A DNA stretch of 64,000 nucleotides from NCBI GenBank assembly GCA_024704765.1, contig JAKMXF010000360.1, positions 80,395 to 144,394 of the forward strand. The letters are read 5' to 3'. A program made the translations under genes and the position numbers. This DNA comes from Oopsacas minuta (Eukaryota; Animalia; Porifera). Below, piece after piece: positions 53,199 through 64,000 of this stretch. Position 1 is the stretch's first letter. Every line of letters starts with the position of its first letter. The notes beneath the pieces are model-generated. The model saw only the letters and a program-made list of their open reading frames with translations. It searched no databases and had not been told where the DNA came from.

Positions 53199-53786
53199 AT
53201 GGCTCATAGAGGTCCTTACTACAAGGTTGTGCTCCTGGGTGAGCTGGGAGTAGGAAAGAGCTCCGTGTTCCGACGTTTGAGGGACGATACCTTCGATGAG
53301 AGACAGCCCGCGACTACAGGGATAGATTCCTGCACAGCTCTGTTTAAAGTTGATAATGAAAACGTTATGCTTACAATCTGGGACACTGCTGGAGTCGAAA
53401 GGTTCCGGACCCTGACGAGGAATTATTATCGTAATGCTCATGCAGCTGTATTCCTATACAGCGTCAGTGAGGCCTCCTCTCTCCATTATCTGACTCAGTG
53501 GGTAAAGGATTGTGAGAATTTTGCTCCCAGTGCTGTCCGGATGCTGATAGGGAATAAGAGTGATCTGGATGCTGAAGTTGATTTCGCTACCGCCAAGAGT
53601 TTTGCTAATTTATATGAATTCGTGGGTGTTCATATTCTGTCAGCTAAGAAGAACTTAGGAATTCAGGAAGCATTCCAGGACCTTGCTGCCAAGCTACACG
53701 CTCCTCTCCCTCGGTCTCCTAGCATTATTCCCGCCTTGCCACAGAGCCAATCCGCCCCTGAGACAAGCAAGAAGTGTTGTAAATAG
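53199..53786 (+). CDS. Rab-like small GTPase, intronless
   Basis: GELGVGKS, WDTAGVERFRTLTRNYYR, NKSD, SAK and a C-terminal KKCCK. Confidence 0.9.
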   Translation: MAHRGPYYKVVLLGELGVGKSSVFRRLRDDTFDERQPATTGIDSCTALFKVDNENVMLTIWDTAGVERFRTLTRNYYRNAHAAVFLYSVSEASSLHYLTQWVKDCENFAPSAVRMLIGNKSDLDAEVDFATAKSFANLYEFVGVHILSAKKNLGIQEAFQDLAAKLHAPLPRSPSIIPALPQSQSAPETSKKCCK

Positions 53787-53927
53787 TAAACAAAATATGT
53801 AAACAAATTTTGTACATTTTAGCATAGTTGTCAGTTTTGTATTTTTGGAAAAACTATTTTATTGCTAATTTCTGATTGGTTAAAAATAGAATTTTATTAT
53901 TAACTTTTGTCTATTTTAGCAATTTAT

Positions 53928-54487
53928 ATGGCCGAAAACAACCAATTAAATCTGGAGGATTTGACAGAAGAACAGCTGTTATTCAGACTGACACGTATGC
54001 GTCAGCTGAGATTAATCGATCAGCTGATGCAGCAACAACTGGAGGAACAGCTGGAGGAGCAGAAGAAGCAAGAAAGAATTAAAAAGAAGATTAAAGTTAT
54101 TCAAGAATTTATTGTAGTATGTTATGATGACTTATTAGATGACCTTAAATGGAGATGTCAAGAGGTATGTCTTTAGCATTGTTGTCATTATTGTTTACCA
54201 GCTGTATACAGGTATTAGCTATGGTTGATGATTACCACAAGGAATGTCAGCTCCGTAAGAGTCAGGGGGAGCCTGTAGATGAGCAGGAATTGGAGAAGAT
54301 CTGTACCGAGGATGTCGCTCAGGGACTGAAGGAAATACAGTTAGCTTTACCCGACAGAGGAGCCCTGGGTTTAGACCCCCCTGCTCCCCTCCCTCCACAG
54401 ATAGAGGCTATTACAGAGGAGGTCGCTAAGGAGCCTGTTGTATCTTCTGATACTCCCAGCAACAGGCCCTCTACTAAAACTAAATAA
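53928..54487 (+). CDS. Uncharacterised helical protein, two exons
   Basis: MAENNQLNLEDLTEEQLLFRL... is spliced (gtatgt ~54165 / ag ~54210) to VLAMVDDYHKECQ...KTK-stop. Confidence 0.65.
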
Positions 54488-54577
54488 GAATTAGATATTA
54501 CTGACTGAGAATGTAATTAATACTAATTAATCATTATATTTACTGTTATTCCCTAGCAACGATAGTAGACATTAGCT

Positions 54578-57500
54578 ATGCCATTAGTTATCGGGGATCA
54601 GCTGATCCTAGAAGAGGCGTTTGATGATACCTATGAACCTACAGAGCAGGAGGTAGCAGAGTACGCAGCTGTAATCGGGATAGACCCAAGGGGAGACGGA
54701 GATCTGATGTGGATAGCTAGAGAGGGAATAAGAGCAGCACTCCCACCTGAATGGAAGCCTTGTCAAGATACCACAGGTTAGTTCCTATTACGTCATAACT
54801 CAGTTATTTGATTGGTTTATACAGGTGATATTTACTACTTCAACTTTACAACTGGAGAGTCTAATTGGGATCATCCATGTGACGAATATTACCGGAATTT
54901 AGTAGAGACCACACGGGCCAAGAGAGTACAGGATCCTTCTTCTGCTCCCCTGTCTCTATCTGGTCTCAGAGGGTCCTTACCCCCTCTCAAGTCAATGGGA
55001 GGTATGTCAGGGAGGTCTCAGAAAGAGGACCATCTGATCGCTCAAGCTAGGGACATTCTTCAGCCGGATGAGGTTGCTAGCGATTCCAGAGAGTTTCAGA
55101 GTAAATTCCAGTTAGATACCAACATTCCAGAGCTAGGGGAAGGTAACCAGGGAGAATCTCCTTCCGAGGAGAGAGGTTCTCAAGTGGATAAAGGTATTTA
55201 TCATATTCTAGTTAATATTCCATAAGTGTATTAGTGTAACCACATAGAGAGTAGTGAGGGATCTGGTAGCAGTGAAGAATTAGATGCAATGGGAATCTCA
55301 GTTAAGTTAGATGGATTATATCCAGCTCGAATATCTCCCATCAGAGATATATCAATAGGGAGTGATAACGACATGCCCTTACACCCAGGTGAGTATAGGA
55401 TTACTTACTGAGTTTATGATATATCATAATTTCACACCTTTAGTGTCTAAAAAGTTACCGGTTAGTAAAATACCGGTCTCCTCTCAGACTAAGAGAAGTC
55501 CTACTGTATCTCCTGAAGCTGTTAGAGTACCAGAATTAATTGGTAGCTTAGTTCCGGTTAGAGAAATGGAACTGGCAAGAATTAGACAGCAACAGGAATT
55601 AGATTTCCAAGTTACTAAAAAGAAAATTCAAGAAAACTTTACAAAAGAATTGGAATTAGAGACAGACAAACTAACAGCTGATTCAGCCAATAGAATTACA
55701 GCTTTGAAAGAGTTTGTTATACAAATAAGAAGCTGTGTTTTTAGAATTATTATTTCTATTTGTTTGTAGTGAATTGAATGAGCGGGAAAGTTACTTCCGA
55801 AAGGAGAATGAATCTAAACTAGAGGTGTTAATTACAGAGCTAAATAAGGAATTAATTGTTAAAGAAAATTCTATAAATGAAGAGAACAGAATTAAGATTG
55901 ATAATCTGAGAGCTGAGCTAGAGAAGGATTCTGATTTGTTGAGACTGGAGCATCAAGATAAGTTGACAGGTCTATCTGACACCTTGTCTAGACAGAGAGA
56001 CACTTTAGAGAATAATCTGAGAGAGGAACAGATACAGCTGTTGGAGCAGATAGAGCAGAGTAGCAGAGATAGGAAATTGGAATTCAATAGGAACCATAAA
56101 AAGGAATTAAACGATTTGTGTGATAAATTAGAATTTGAGAGAGAAGAGAGAGAGTTTGAATTGAAAGAGAAAATATCAGCTGATCTCAAACAGCTGAGAA
56201 TACAGCTGGAAGATGAAAATGATGAAGAATTAAAACAGATTAAATCCAAATTTGAAGTTTGTTATTCTATTAATAGATTTTAACTTAATAATATTTGTAT
56301 GAATATTTTTAGGAAGAAAAGATAATTTTGAGAGAAGATTTTGATTCTTATAAACAAGAACTGGAAACACATAGAGCTGAGTATGAGCATGAGAAGGATA
56401 TGATTGGCCAGTCAGAAGTATACAAACAGGAAATAGAGACTGACAGGGAAGAGTTAATTAAAGACAGAAAACTAGTGATTACTGATAGAGAGCAGTTAGA
56501 CAGAGAGATGGAATCTGTAATAATGGATAGGCAACAACTAGAAAGAGATAGAGATCAAGTAATTACGGTTAGGCAAGGAGTAGTTAAGGATAGAGAGGAA
56601 GTAGCTAGAGAGAGGCAGGAAGTAGCTAGAGAGAGACAGAAAGTAGATAGAGAGAAACAGGAAGTGTATAGGGAGAGACTGGAAGTAGATAAAGATAGAG
56701 AGGAAGTAGCTAGAGAGAGACAGGAAGTAGATATTGCTAGAGGTCTTGTAGAGGCTGATAGGTTACAAATAGTGAGTGATTTAGAACAGATACAGATTGA
56801 TAAAGAACGAATAACTAAAGATAAGTTAGAGATAGCTAATGAGTTACAACAAATAGTGAGTGATAGAGAGTCTATAAACCGTGATAGACAACACATAGAT
56901 GCTGATATGGAACATGTAGTGAGAGATAGGCAACAGATAGATGCTGATATGGAACATGTAGTGAGAGATAGGCAACAGATAGATGCTGATATGGAACATG
57001 TAGTGAGAGATAGGCAACAGATAGATGCTGATAGAGAACAAGTAGTGAGAGATAGGCAACAGATAGATGCTGATAGAGAACAAGTAGTGAGAGATAGGCA
57101 ACAGATAGATGCTGATAGAGAACAAGTAGTGAGAGATAAGGATAGTTTAGAAGCTGAGAATTTGGAATTAGAATCTGTTAGAGAACAGAAGGAGATGGAA
57201 AAGCGGAATTTGTCAAATCTTATAACAGAAACTGAAACTCAGAAGCAAGAATTGGAGACAAGTATAACAGAAGTAGAAATTTTGAAACAAGAATTTGAGG
57301 TTTTGCTGTCTGAAAATGTAGAAAACAAAATAACAATAGGAGAGAGACAAGCTAGAGATTTAAGGGATATTGATATGAGATATGAAGAGTATGTATATGA
57401 TAATTTAATTACTTTATTAGCTTATATTTATGTATTTTTTCAGAGCTTTAACTGTTCGAAAGAATGAATTAATTAACAAAGAGAATGAAGAAATAGAAAC

Positions 57501-58997
57501 ATTCCAACAACAGCTAGCTGTTACTAGGATAGACCGAGAGCAATTACTCCAACAACAAAAAGAGGAGATTGAAATGTTGAAACAGAATGTGGAAATACAA
57601 AGAGAAGAGATCACTAATCAGTTGAAACCGCTGCATAGGTAATCAGCTGTTATTAATAATATCAAATTATTGATTGTGTAATTTGTTAGAGAACTGAGTC
57701 AGCTGACTCAAAGGAAGGAAGATCTGTCAAGAGAGGTGTTAGAATTAGGCGCAAAAGAGAGAGAATGTAGCGAGTTGAATAATCAGCTGATTACAGACAC
57801 ACAAGTTCTGCGGTCAAATGTGAGTATTTATTAGAGGTGTGACAACATGATTAATCATATATTGTAGGTTAATGAATTGCAGGAGAGAAGAGATATTCTG
57901 GAGCAGCAATCAACTGATTACCAGCTGGAGCAAGATAGAGTTAGAGCTAAGGCTTTAGATGTAGCTACTCAAACTGAAGTCATCACTTCACCTGATACTA
58001 CCATAGATACCTCACATATCTATTCACCGGATAGGTATCTAAGACAGAGCCCTGCTCTATCGCTGACAGACTCCCTCGCCTCTCTAGCTCTCTCCCGCGT
58101 TAGTCTAGACAGAGAATTCCTACCACCTGATCCTGTAACTATAGAGTTAGATGATATCACTAGATCTGTTTCTATGGAAGGTCTGTCTAATCATGACCTG
58201 TCTCTATCTGAGCAAATAGCTATGGTAATGTATATACATTCTTATTATACGTTCTAGTAACTAAGGGAATTTATGTGTAGGAGGAGGCCTCGCTTCAGGG
58301 AGCTAAAGGATTCCTAGAGAAACATAAAATAGAGTTACAGGACAGGAAGGCAAGGCTTAAATCCGCTAGAGAGGAATGGAAGAGTGATAGGCATTCCATT
58401 ATGGATGCTCCGTCTCCAGGGAGGATGAGCTTGCTCCAGGACGTTAAGACGGAGCTCCAACTGGAGGCTAGTCAGCTGAACAATGATATTAGGGGACTGT
58501 CCAGTGGACAGAAACTCGTATCCCGTAAGGAGAAAGTCCTCAGAGAGTACTCGTTACCTATCAGTCCTCTGTCCTGCTCTCGGGACACAGGACGTGTTAT
58601 GGACTCTCTGATGAGTCTTAACAGACAGCTAGACGGTGTACTCTCCTCTCTCAGATCCTCATCACCTCTCCTCTCCACCAGGTCAGTTAAATATTCATAT
58701 TTTCAGATATCAGTTCATTCATCCTCTAACAGGATCAGTCCAGGGAGTATCACCTCTCTCCCGGATCTTGTACCAGCCCGTCAGGAGAGGATAGACGCTC
58801 AGCTAAGAGACAAATGGCTAGGTTATATCAAGAAGCCACAATATGTAACTAACACTTCTACTGGTTCCAGTGTTCGTGACCAGCTGAGGATGCAGTGTGA
58901 TTGGCTTAAAAGATTTCCTCAGGAGTCTAGCTATAGTTCCTATTTATCTCAGAAAGAACCAATTTCTAAATTTAGCTACAAACATAATTATTTCTAA
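54578..58997 (+). CDS. CEP164: Centrosomal protein CEP164
   Basis: [18 protein letters not shown]...LMWIAREG...[36 protein letters not shown] (WW domain), followed by a long coiled coil. Confidence 0.93.
56883..57134 (+). repeat. Coding tandem repeat, 6 x 42 bp (14 aa) in CEP164
   Basis: Three DRQ(H/Q)[10 protein letters not shown] units followed by three [14 protein letters not shown] units. Confidence 0.95.
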
Positions 58998-59159
58998 ATT
59001 TAGAACAAACTATATTATGCACTAATACAGCCTATTTCACTTGATACATTCCTATAAGGCTGCGTTGCTAAGTAACGGAGGGAATGGAATTTAGTGTTAG
59101 TGTTATGTACCAGCTCTATTTGTAAGGTGTTATAACTTAATTAATGTTTGTAAAAGCTA

Positions 59160-62018
59160 ATGAGTGAGGATGAGAGAGCTGTATTCAAAGCATTTCTGTT
59201 CTCCGGGGATACGGAATGTAGAGCTTGGAATTTGCTATACCGTGTGCTAATACAACTAAAGTTTGTGTCAGATGGAACCTCAGTAAAATTGCTTGGAATT
59301 CACGAACAGAAAGAATCTTTCGTTTATGAAATTTCTCTTCAATCAAACATCTCAGTTAAAATGAAATCTGATTTTGTTCAGTGGCACATAAAAATAACTG
59401 ATTGTATAGAATCAATGGGAGCCAAATTCTTGACACCTTCTGAAGCTGACAAATTCCTTTCCTGTTTTCAACAGCTCTTAGAAGATGTAAAATCAAGACA
59501 ACAAGTCAGTTTACATTCCTTTCTTTCTCGTGGTAGCTATGTTATTGAATTATTCTTTTTTTAGAAACTATCTCGCCTGAGCTTAGACCTACAGCCTGTC
59601 ATAATTCCTCACCCCTCGGTCCGTCCATCCTCTGCTCTACAGCTGACAGTTTCTCTCCCTGACGGACGGAAAAGAACTGAATCTGTCTCTCACTCTACTA
59701 GACTCAGAGAAGTTCTGGCTAAAGTCTGCCAGGCAGAGCGTTTGTCGCTTAAATATCATTACCTCAAACCTGAGAAACTCTGCTTAGATCCAGAACCAGC
59801 TCCTCTGGATATGGAACTAACTGTAGGAGAGGTTAAAGTGTCAAAACTCCAGCTGGTGGACAGACGGGCAGAGAGGGACAATAATAACGCCGGTAAGATA
59901 TCATTTCTGAGGGCCTGGAGCTCTGGAGATTCAGATAAGGATAGCAGTAAACAGGTTACTTTACTGAATGGAACTTTCAGGAAGTTTGATCAACATGTTA
60001 TATCAGGTACTAATCAATCAGCTGATTATATATAGGTGTTAGTTTCATATATTATCTCTTTAGATATCGCTAGTGAAGGAGTTGAATTCGTGTCTCCTAC
60101 TAGAGTTATTTCTGAGAGACTAGAGGGAGCGGAGAGAGTAGAGAGTCCTATTGATAGCGTTGACGAAGCAGAACTGGCAGCTCCTTTCAGAGATGTTTTC
60201 CGGCAAGAATTACCTAAGTTTGTTACTAGTTTAACCTCTTTAATACTAAAACGGTTAATGAATAGTTCTGGAAATTTATTATTTTGTATTAGACGCAGCA
60301 GCTCACTGAGGTCTCGTGCTCAAGAAGAAACTTCTCTAGACAAAGCTCTCTTTTCGGATAATCTCTGCTCTTCTATCGACACCGCTAGACCCAGCTCTCT
60401 ATCAAGAATAACATTCTCTGAGTCTGATATTAGAGAAGCATTCAACCACTCAGAACACAAGCCTGGTACTCCTAACAGACGTAGAGCACCTAAACCTCCA
60501 AAATCCCTTCCTAAGGAATCGGAGAATATATTGGATTTCCTTCAAGAGAAGAGTAAGAAATCCTCACAGGTTCCTTTGTTTAAAGTTCCTCAAGAGATCT
60601 CCAGTCAGTTACAGGATGAATTTAGTCAGAAGCTAGTAGCTATCCGAGCAAGATCTCCTGACCTGACAACACAACTGAACAATAAGAATGCTCCCTTGGA
60701 GCCTCTGGCCTCTTCCACACCGGACAAGAAAGCGATCAAACCGAGGCCTCAAATAGCTCCTAAGCCTGCTCATTTAGTAGTGTCTAGAATTAAGCAGACG
60801 GAGCCCTCATTCCCTCTGTACCCCTCTACTCCTCCGACAGAGGCTCTGCTCACCAGTGATCACGGTACCTGTCGTGGAGTTTCAGGTCGTGTCGCTATCT
60901 GGCGCGCTAAGGAAATTGGTCAGACCGATCAACAACAACAACAGCTTGTGTTCCGCCCTCAGACATCCGGCCTATTCGAATCAGAACCACTAGTATTCAA
61001 TTTACCAGGACCTCCCCCAGACTCTCCTCCTCTCACTCCACCCCCTATGAGGTTCCCGACGGATTGTGACACATTATCCGAGCCAATCGAATTGGAGAGT
61101 TTGATTCCTCCTCCATTAGACGAGTTCTACCAATCAGATCTGTTACCTAGTTCCCCGCCTTCTCCTCATATTCTAAAAATAGAATCTGAATTGATTTCTA
61201 CTGACATAGACGATGACGTCATTACTGATATTGACCAATTGAATGCTAGCGATAATATTCCTGAGGATATGATAGTGTTACCGCCTCCTCACTTCTCAAC
61301 TTTATCAGAGAATGAATTCGTAGATTATCCGCCACCATCCCCGCTGAGACTGTTCCTCAGTCCCAGCTACGGATTAACCGAGAGTATAGATCCTCCCCCA
61401 CCCACTCATCAATCAAATTATCGAGTTGAACCTCTAGAAACTAATGATATAGTTACCGATTTGGATGATAAGAGTGCAATTCCTGATTTGAACACACAAC
61501 GTGTAGCTGAGCTATTGACCGCTGCAGCTAACTCTCTGAATAAAGAAGGGACTGATAGACCGACAGAAGCATCAGAGCTTGTTAGAGCAGCATTAGATTT
61601 AATCGCCAGAGACTCAAAGGTAAACAATTTGTATTTACATTTATTGTGTTTATTTACTTGTTTACTTGTGTAGAAGAGTGTCCCAGAATTTCTGATCAGA
61701 TCTTCCTACCATAAGTCAGACGAAGAGACAGAAGCGCTGCAGAGAGAAGCTCCAGACTTTACAAAGTTCGGACAAGACTTCAAGGCCTGTATGAAAGATA
61801 TTATCTCTGATAATCCAACTGTGTTAAGGCCATCCTCTGATGACGTATTCCGAGCTAGGGAGGTTGTAGAGACCGATTCAAACGAGTCACAGGGCTCTGA
61901 AGCAGGAGATGTTGTTAGTGCAGTAGCTAAAGCAATGAAAGAGAGAAGACAACAAATAGAAAACACGATTTCTCTCTCTGATCCCTCTCATTCATCAATC
62001 CTTGATGATTGGAAATAG
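59160..62018 (+). CDS. Putative WASP-like actin nucleation-promoting factor: EVH1, RBD/ubiquitin-like, proline-rich, WH2-like/C/A
   Basis: Exons 59160-59504, 59565-60006, 60064-61619 (a further short intron near 60220-60290 is possible) and 61674-62018. EVH1 signature FVQW...MGAKFLTPSEADKF; LTVSLPDGRKRTESVSHSTRLREVLAKVC; RRRAPKPP; polyPro tracts; C-terminal DVVSAVAKAMKERRQQI...DDWK. Confidence 0.7.
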
Positions 62019-62599
62019 TTTATTTGCATTATATCCCCCTATTGTATCTATTTTCGCTTATGCTCACATTTGATACATATATTATACAAGCAACCAAATC
62101 TGCTTTCATAAATTACTAGCAAAGTTTTCATGAGATTACAATTGGGTGAATAGAATTGTGAAGAAAAATTATACCAACATAGTTTGCAGTATCTTTGCAA
62201 ATCCGACAAAATATAATAGAATTATAGGACGAAGTTCTAACAAATTCGTTGGTATTCTCATAATTACAAGAGAATGTTCGTATAATCATTAAAATATTTT
62301 CATATCACCCTAGCTATATTTGTTTTAGTCGAGAAGATGAGCGGCAGCCCTCCTGTTTCAAAGAAAGAATAGCGGTTGTTCTACGTTGTCAGTAATTCCT
62401 GTACTTGTTATACTAGCTGTACGAATAATACTTCCTGGAAGTCTCTAATGATCAAAGCGGAAGCCAGCTGAAGTTCCTTTAAGCGGACGAAATGTAGCTG
62501 GAAGACACTGAAATAGAGAGACGAGCATAGACAGGAAGTTTACTCTATCTCATAGACAGCTGATAGAATCGCTTGAGAGGAGAACCTGAGCATTAGAGT

Positions 62600-62936
62600 A
62601 GAGTAAATGCATCGCAGTGAACGATTTGATGTCATTGTAGAAGAATTTGAGGGCTGTGAGTGGATCAGAGTATTTACAACTGCCTAACAAGAATGAATTT
62701 TGACAGGATTATCTCTCTAGCTTATCATTTACTTTATAGGTCCCGGGATATTTCTGAAATGTCCGCTGGCTGGTTCCCCTCAACAAATTGAACTTTGGTT
62801 CTCTCAAACATTAGAGGAGTACATATTTCCATATTTGCGACAAATAGCTGGAAATTCTCTTAAACAGGACATACCTCTAACTGAGTTTATGCAACAAGTT
62901 CTCAGGACCTGTCCAATCAAATTCCTTCAGAACAAA
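62600..62936 (+). pseudogene. Possible fragment resembling the C-terminus of neuron-navigator/CTTNBP2-type AAA domains
   Basis: GPGIFLKCPLAGSPQQIELWFSQTLEEYIFPYL recalls GPRLFLSCP...WF...IIPYL. The upstream frame has stops. Confidence 0.3.
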
Positions 62937-63285
62937 GTCAGAACTACGAAACTAATAATTTTAAAAAGATTGACCAAATATTCAATTAAATGTTATTATT
63001 CTTTACGGATTATATCTTATAAATCTGTATTAATTAAACAACAAAGTACTTTGTTTGAGATGAAATTGGAACAATGAATCGTGAATTTGTTAACTGAAGA
63101 TTACATAAATATGATCAAGTTGCACCAGAGATTATAATAATCATAAGGAAATGTGATCAACTACTATTGTGAAGAATAATAGCAAAATATACGAAAGAAA
63201 TAAAGGGACAAGAGACCGTCAATACGTAACGTAATGTACTAAGGGGTTGGACAGTCCATATAGATATGTGTTCTAATACTTAATA

Positions 63286-63560
63286 GGAATGCTCTTATAA
63301 TTCTAAGAAATGCCCCTATAAGGAAATGCTCTCATAATTATAAGAAATGCCCCTATAAGGAATGCTCTTATAATATAAGAAAATTATAAGAAATGCCCCT
63401 ATAAGGAATGCTCTTATAATTATAAGAAATGCCCCTATAAGGAATGCTCTTATAATTATAAGAAATGCCCGTATAAGGAATGCTATTATAATTATAAGAA
63501 ATGCCCCTATAAGGAATGCTATTATAATTATAAGAAATGCCCCTATAAGGAATGCTATTA
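63286..63560. repeat. 36-bp minisatellite, about 7 copies
   Basis: Unit TTATAAGAAATGCCCCTATAAGGAATGCTCTTATAA with point variants and one partial unit. Confidence 0.95.
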
Positions 63561-63603
63561 GGCTAATTTAAAATTTATAACCGGTCCAGTTAAGTAATCA
63601 AGT

Positions 63604-64000
63604 TTGATTAGATTCTAGCTGAAAAGGGTGAACCAAGAGGACGGCTGTGCATCTAAGGAAGTGAACTACCTTCAGGGCAAGTGGAGTGGATAATGTGTAC
63701 TAAATGATAGAAATCCGTTGTTATAGACGATGGATAATGTGTGCGAATACGTAGAAGAAGAGGAAATTCAAGTAAATGTTTGAAATAGGGACGAGCGAGA
63801 CTTTGATTGGATTCTAGCTGAAAAGGGTGAACCAAGGGGACGGCTGTGTGGATTTCTGTGCTAGTTGACTAGCTGATCGGAGTGTTGACTTGATTAGTTA
63901 TGAACTGAACCAGAGAGGAGGACTTAAAGGTTATTTCAAGTAGATGAATGTAGGCGGATGGCGTTTGATTGGATTCTAGCTGAAAAGGGTGAACCGGGGG
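63604..64000. repeat. Direct repeats with a conserved core separated by divergent spacers; runs off the window end
   Basis: TTGATT(A/G)GATTCTAGCTGAAAAGGGTGAACC occurs three times, with the GATTCTAGCT anchor at 63611, 63810 and 63972 (periods 199 and 162 bp). Confidence 0.9.

Noticed and set aside
59960-60070. Possible vestigial CRIB (TFRKFDQHVISD) in the WASP-like gene
   Set aside because: It lacks the ISxP and FxHxxH spacing; too weak to call.
63604-64000. CRISPR array interpretation
   Set aside because: Eukaryotic context, spacers over 110 bp and unequal, partial spacer homology, and no cas genes.

Overview
This is eukaryotic, AT-rich, gene-dense DNA with short GT-AG introns from an early-branching animal. 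The gene set (Gli, LAP/Scribble, MNNL and Ig-FN3 receptors) and compact architecture suggest a sponge, possibly a hexactinellid; this is an inference. Bases 1-7.8 kb are stacked transposons: a nearly intact intron-containing Ginger-type (Gypsy-integrase-related) DNA transposon with a C-terminal USP-like protease region, followed by KDZ-like, hAT/Charlie, HIRAN and pogo/Tigger remnants. Bases 8-16.7 kb hold a small cell-surface cluster: two paralogous Ig-FN3 proteins, an MNNL-only membrane protein and a minimal-ectodomain membrane protein. Bases 17-59 kb hold conserved genes: V-ATPase B, USO1, LARP4, an SVBP-motif protein, erlin, Abraxas, DDX6, a 3-PDZ Scribble-like LAP, a YxxP orphan, SFT2D3, Pumilio, GCLC, a CXXC-less thioredoxin membrane protein, MAP2K, Gli, a Rab-like GTPase and CEP164. 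The best candidate for a new system is the gene at 59160-62018. Read by eye, it has an EVH1 - RBD/ubiquitin-like - RRAPxPP - proline-rich - WH2-like - C - Trp-terminated A architecture, i.e. a WASP-like Arp2/3 activator with a Ras-binding-type module where WASP has its CRIB. The window ends in a 36-bp satellite and a conserved-core/variable-spacer array. Across the host genes, T(A/C)ACACCT and CAGCTG look strongly over-represented. All domain calls come from reading translations by eye; no searches were run.
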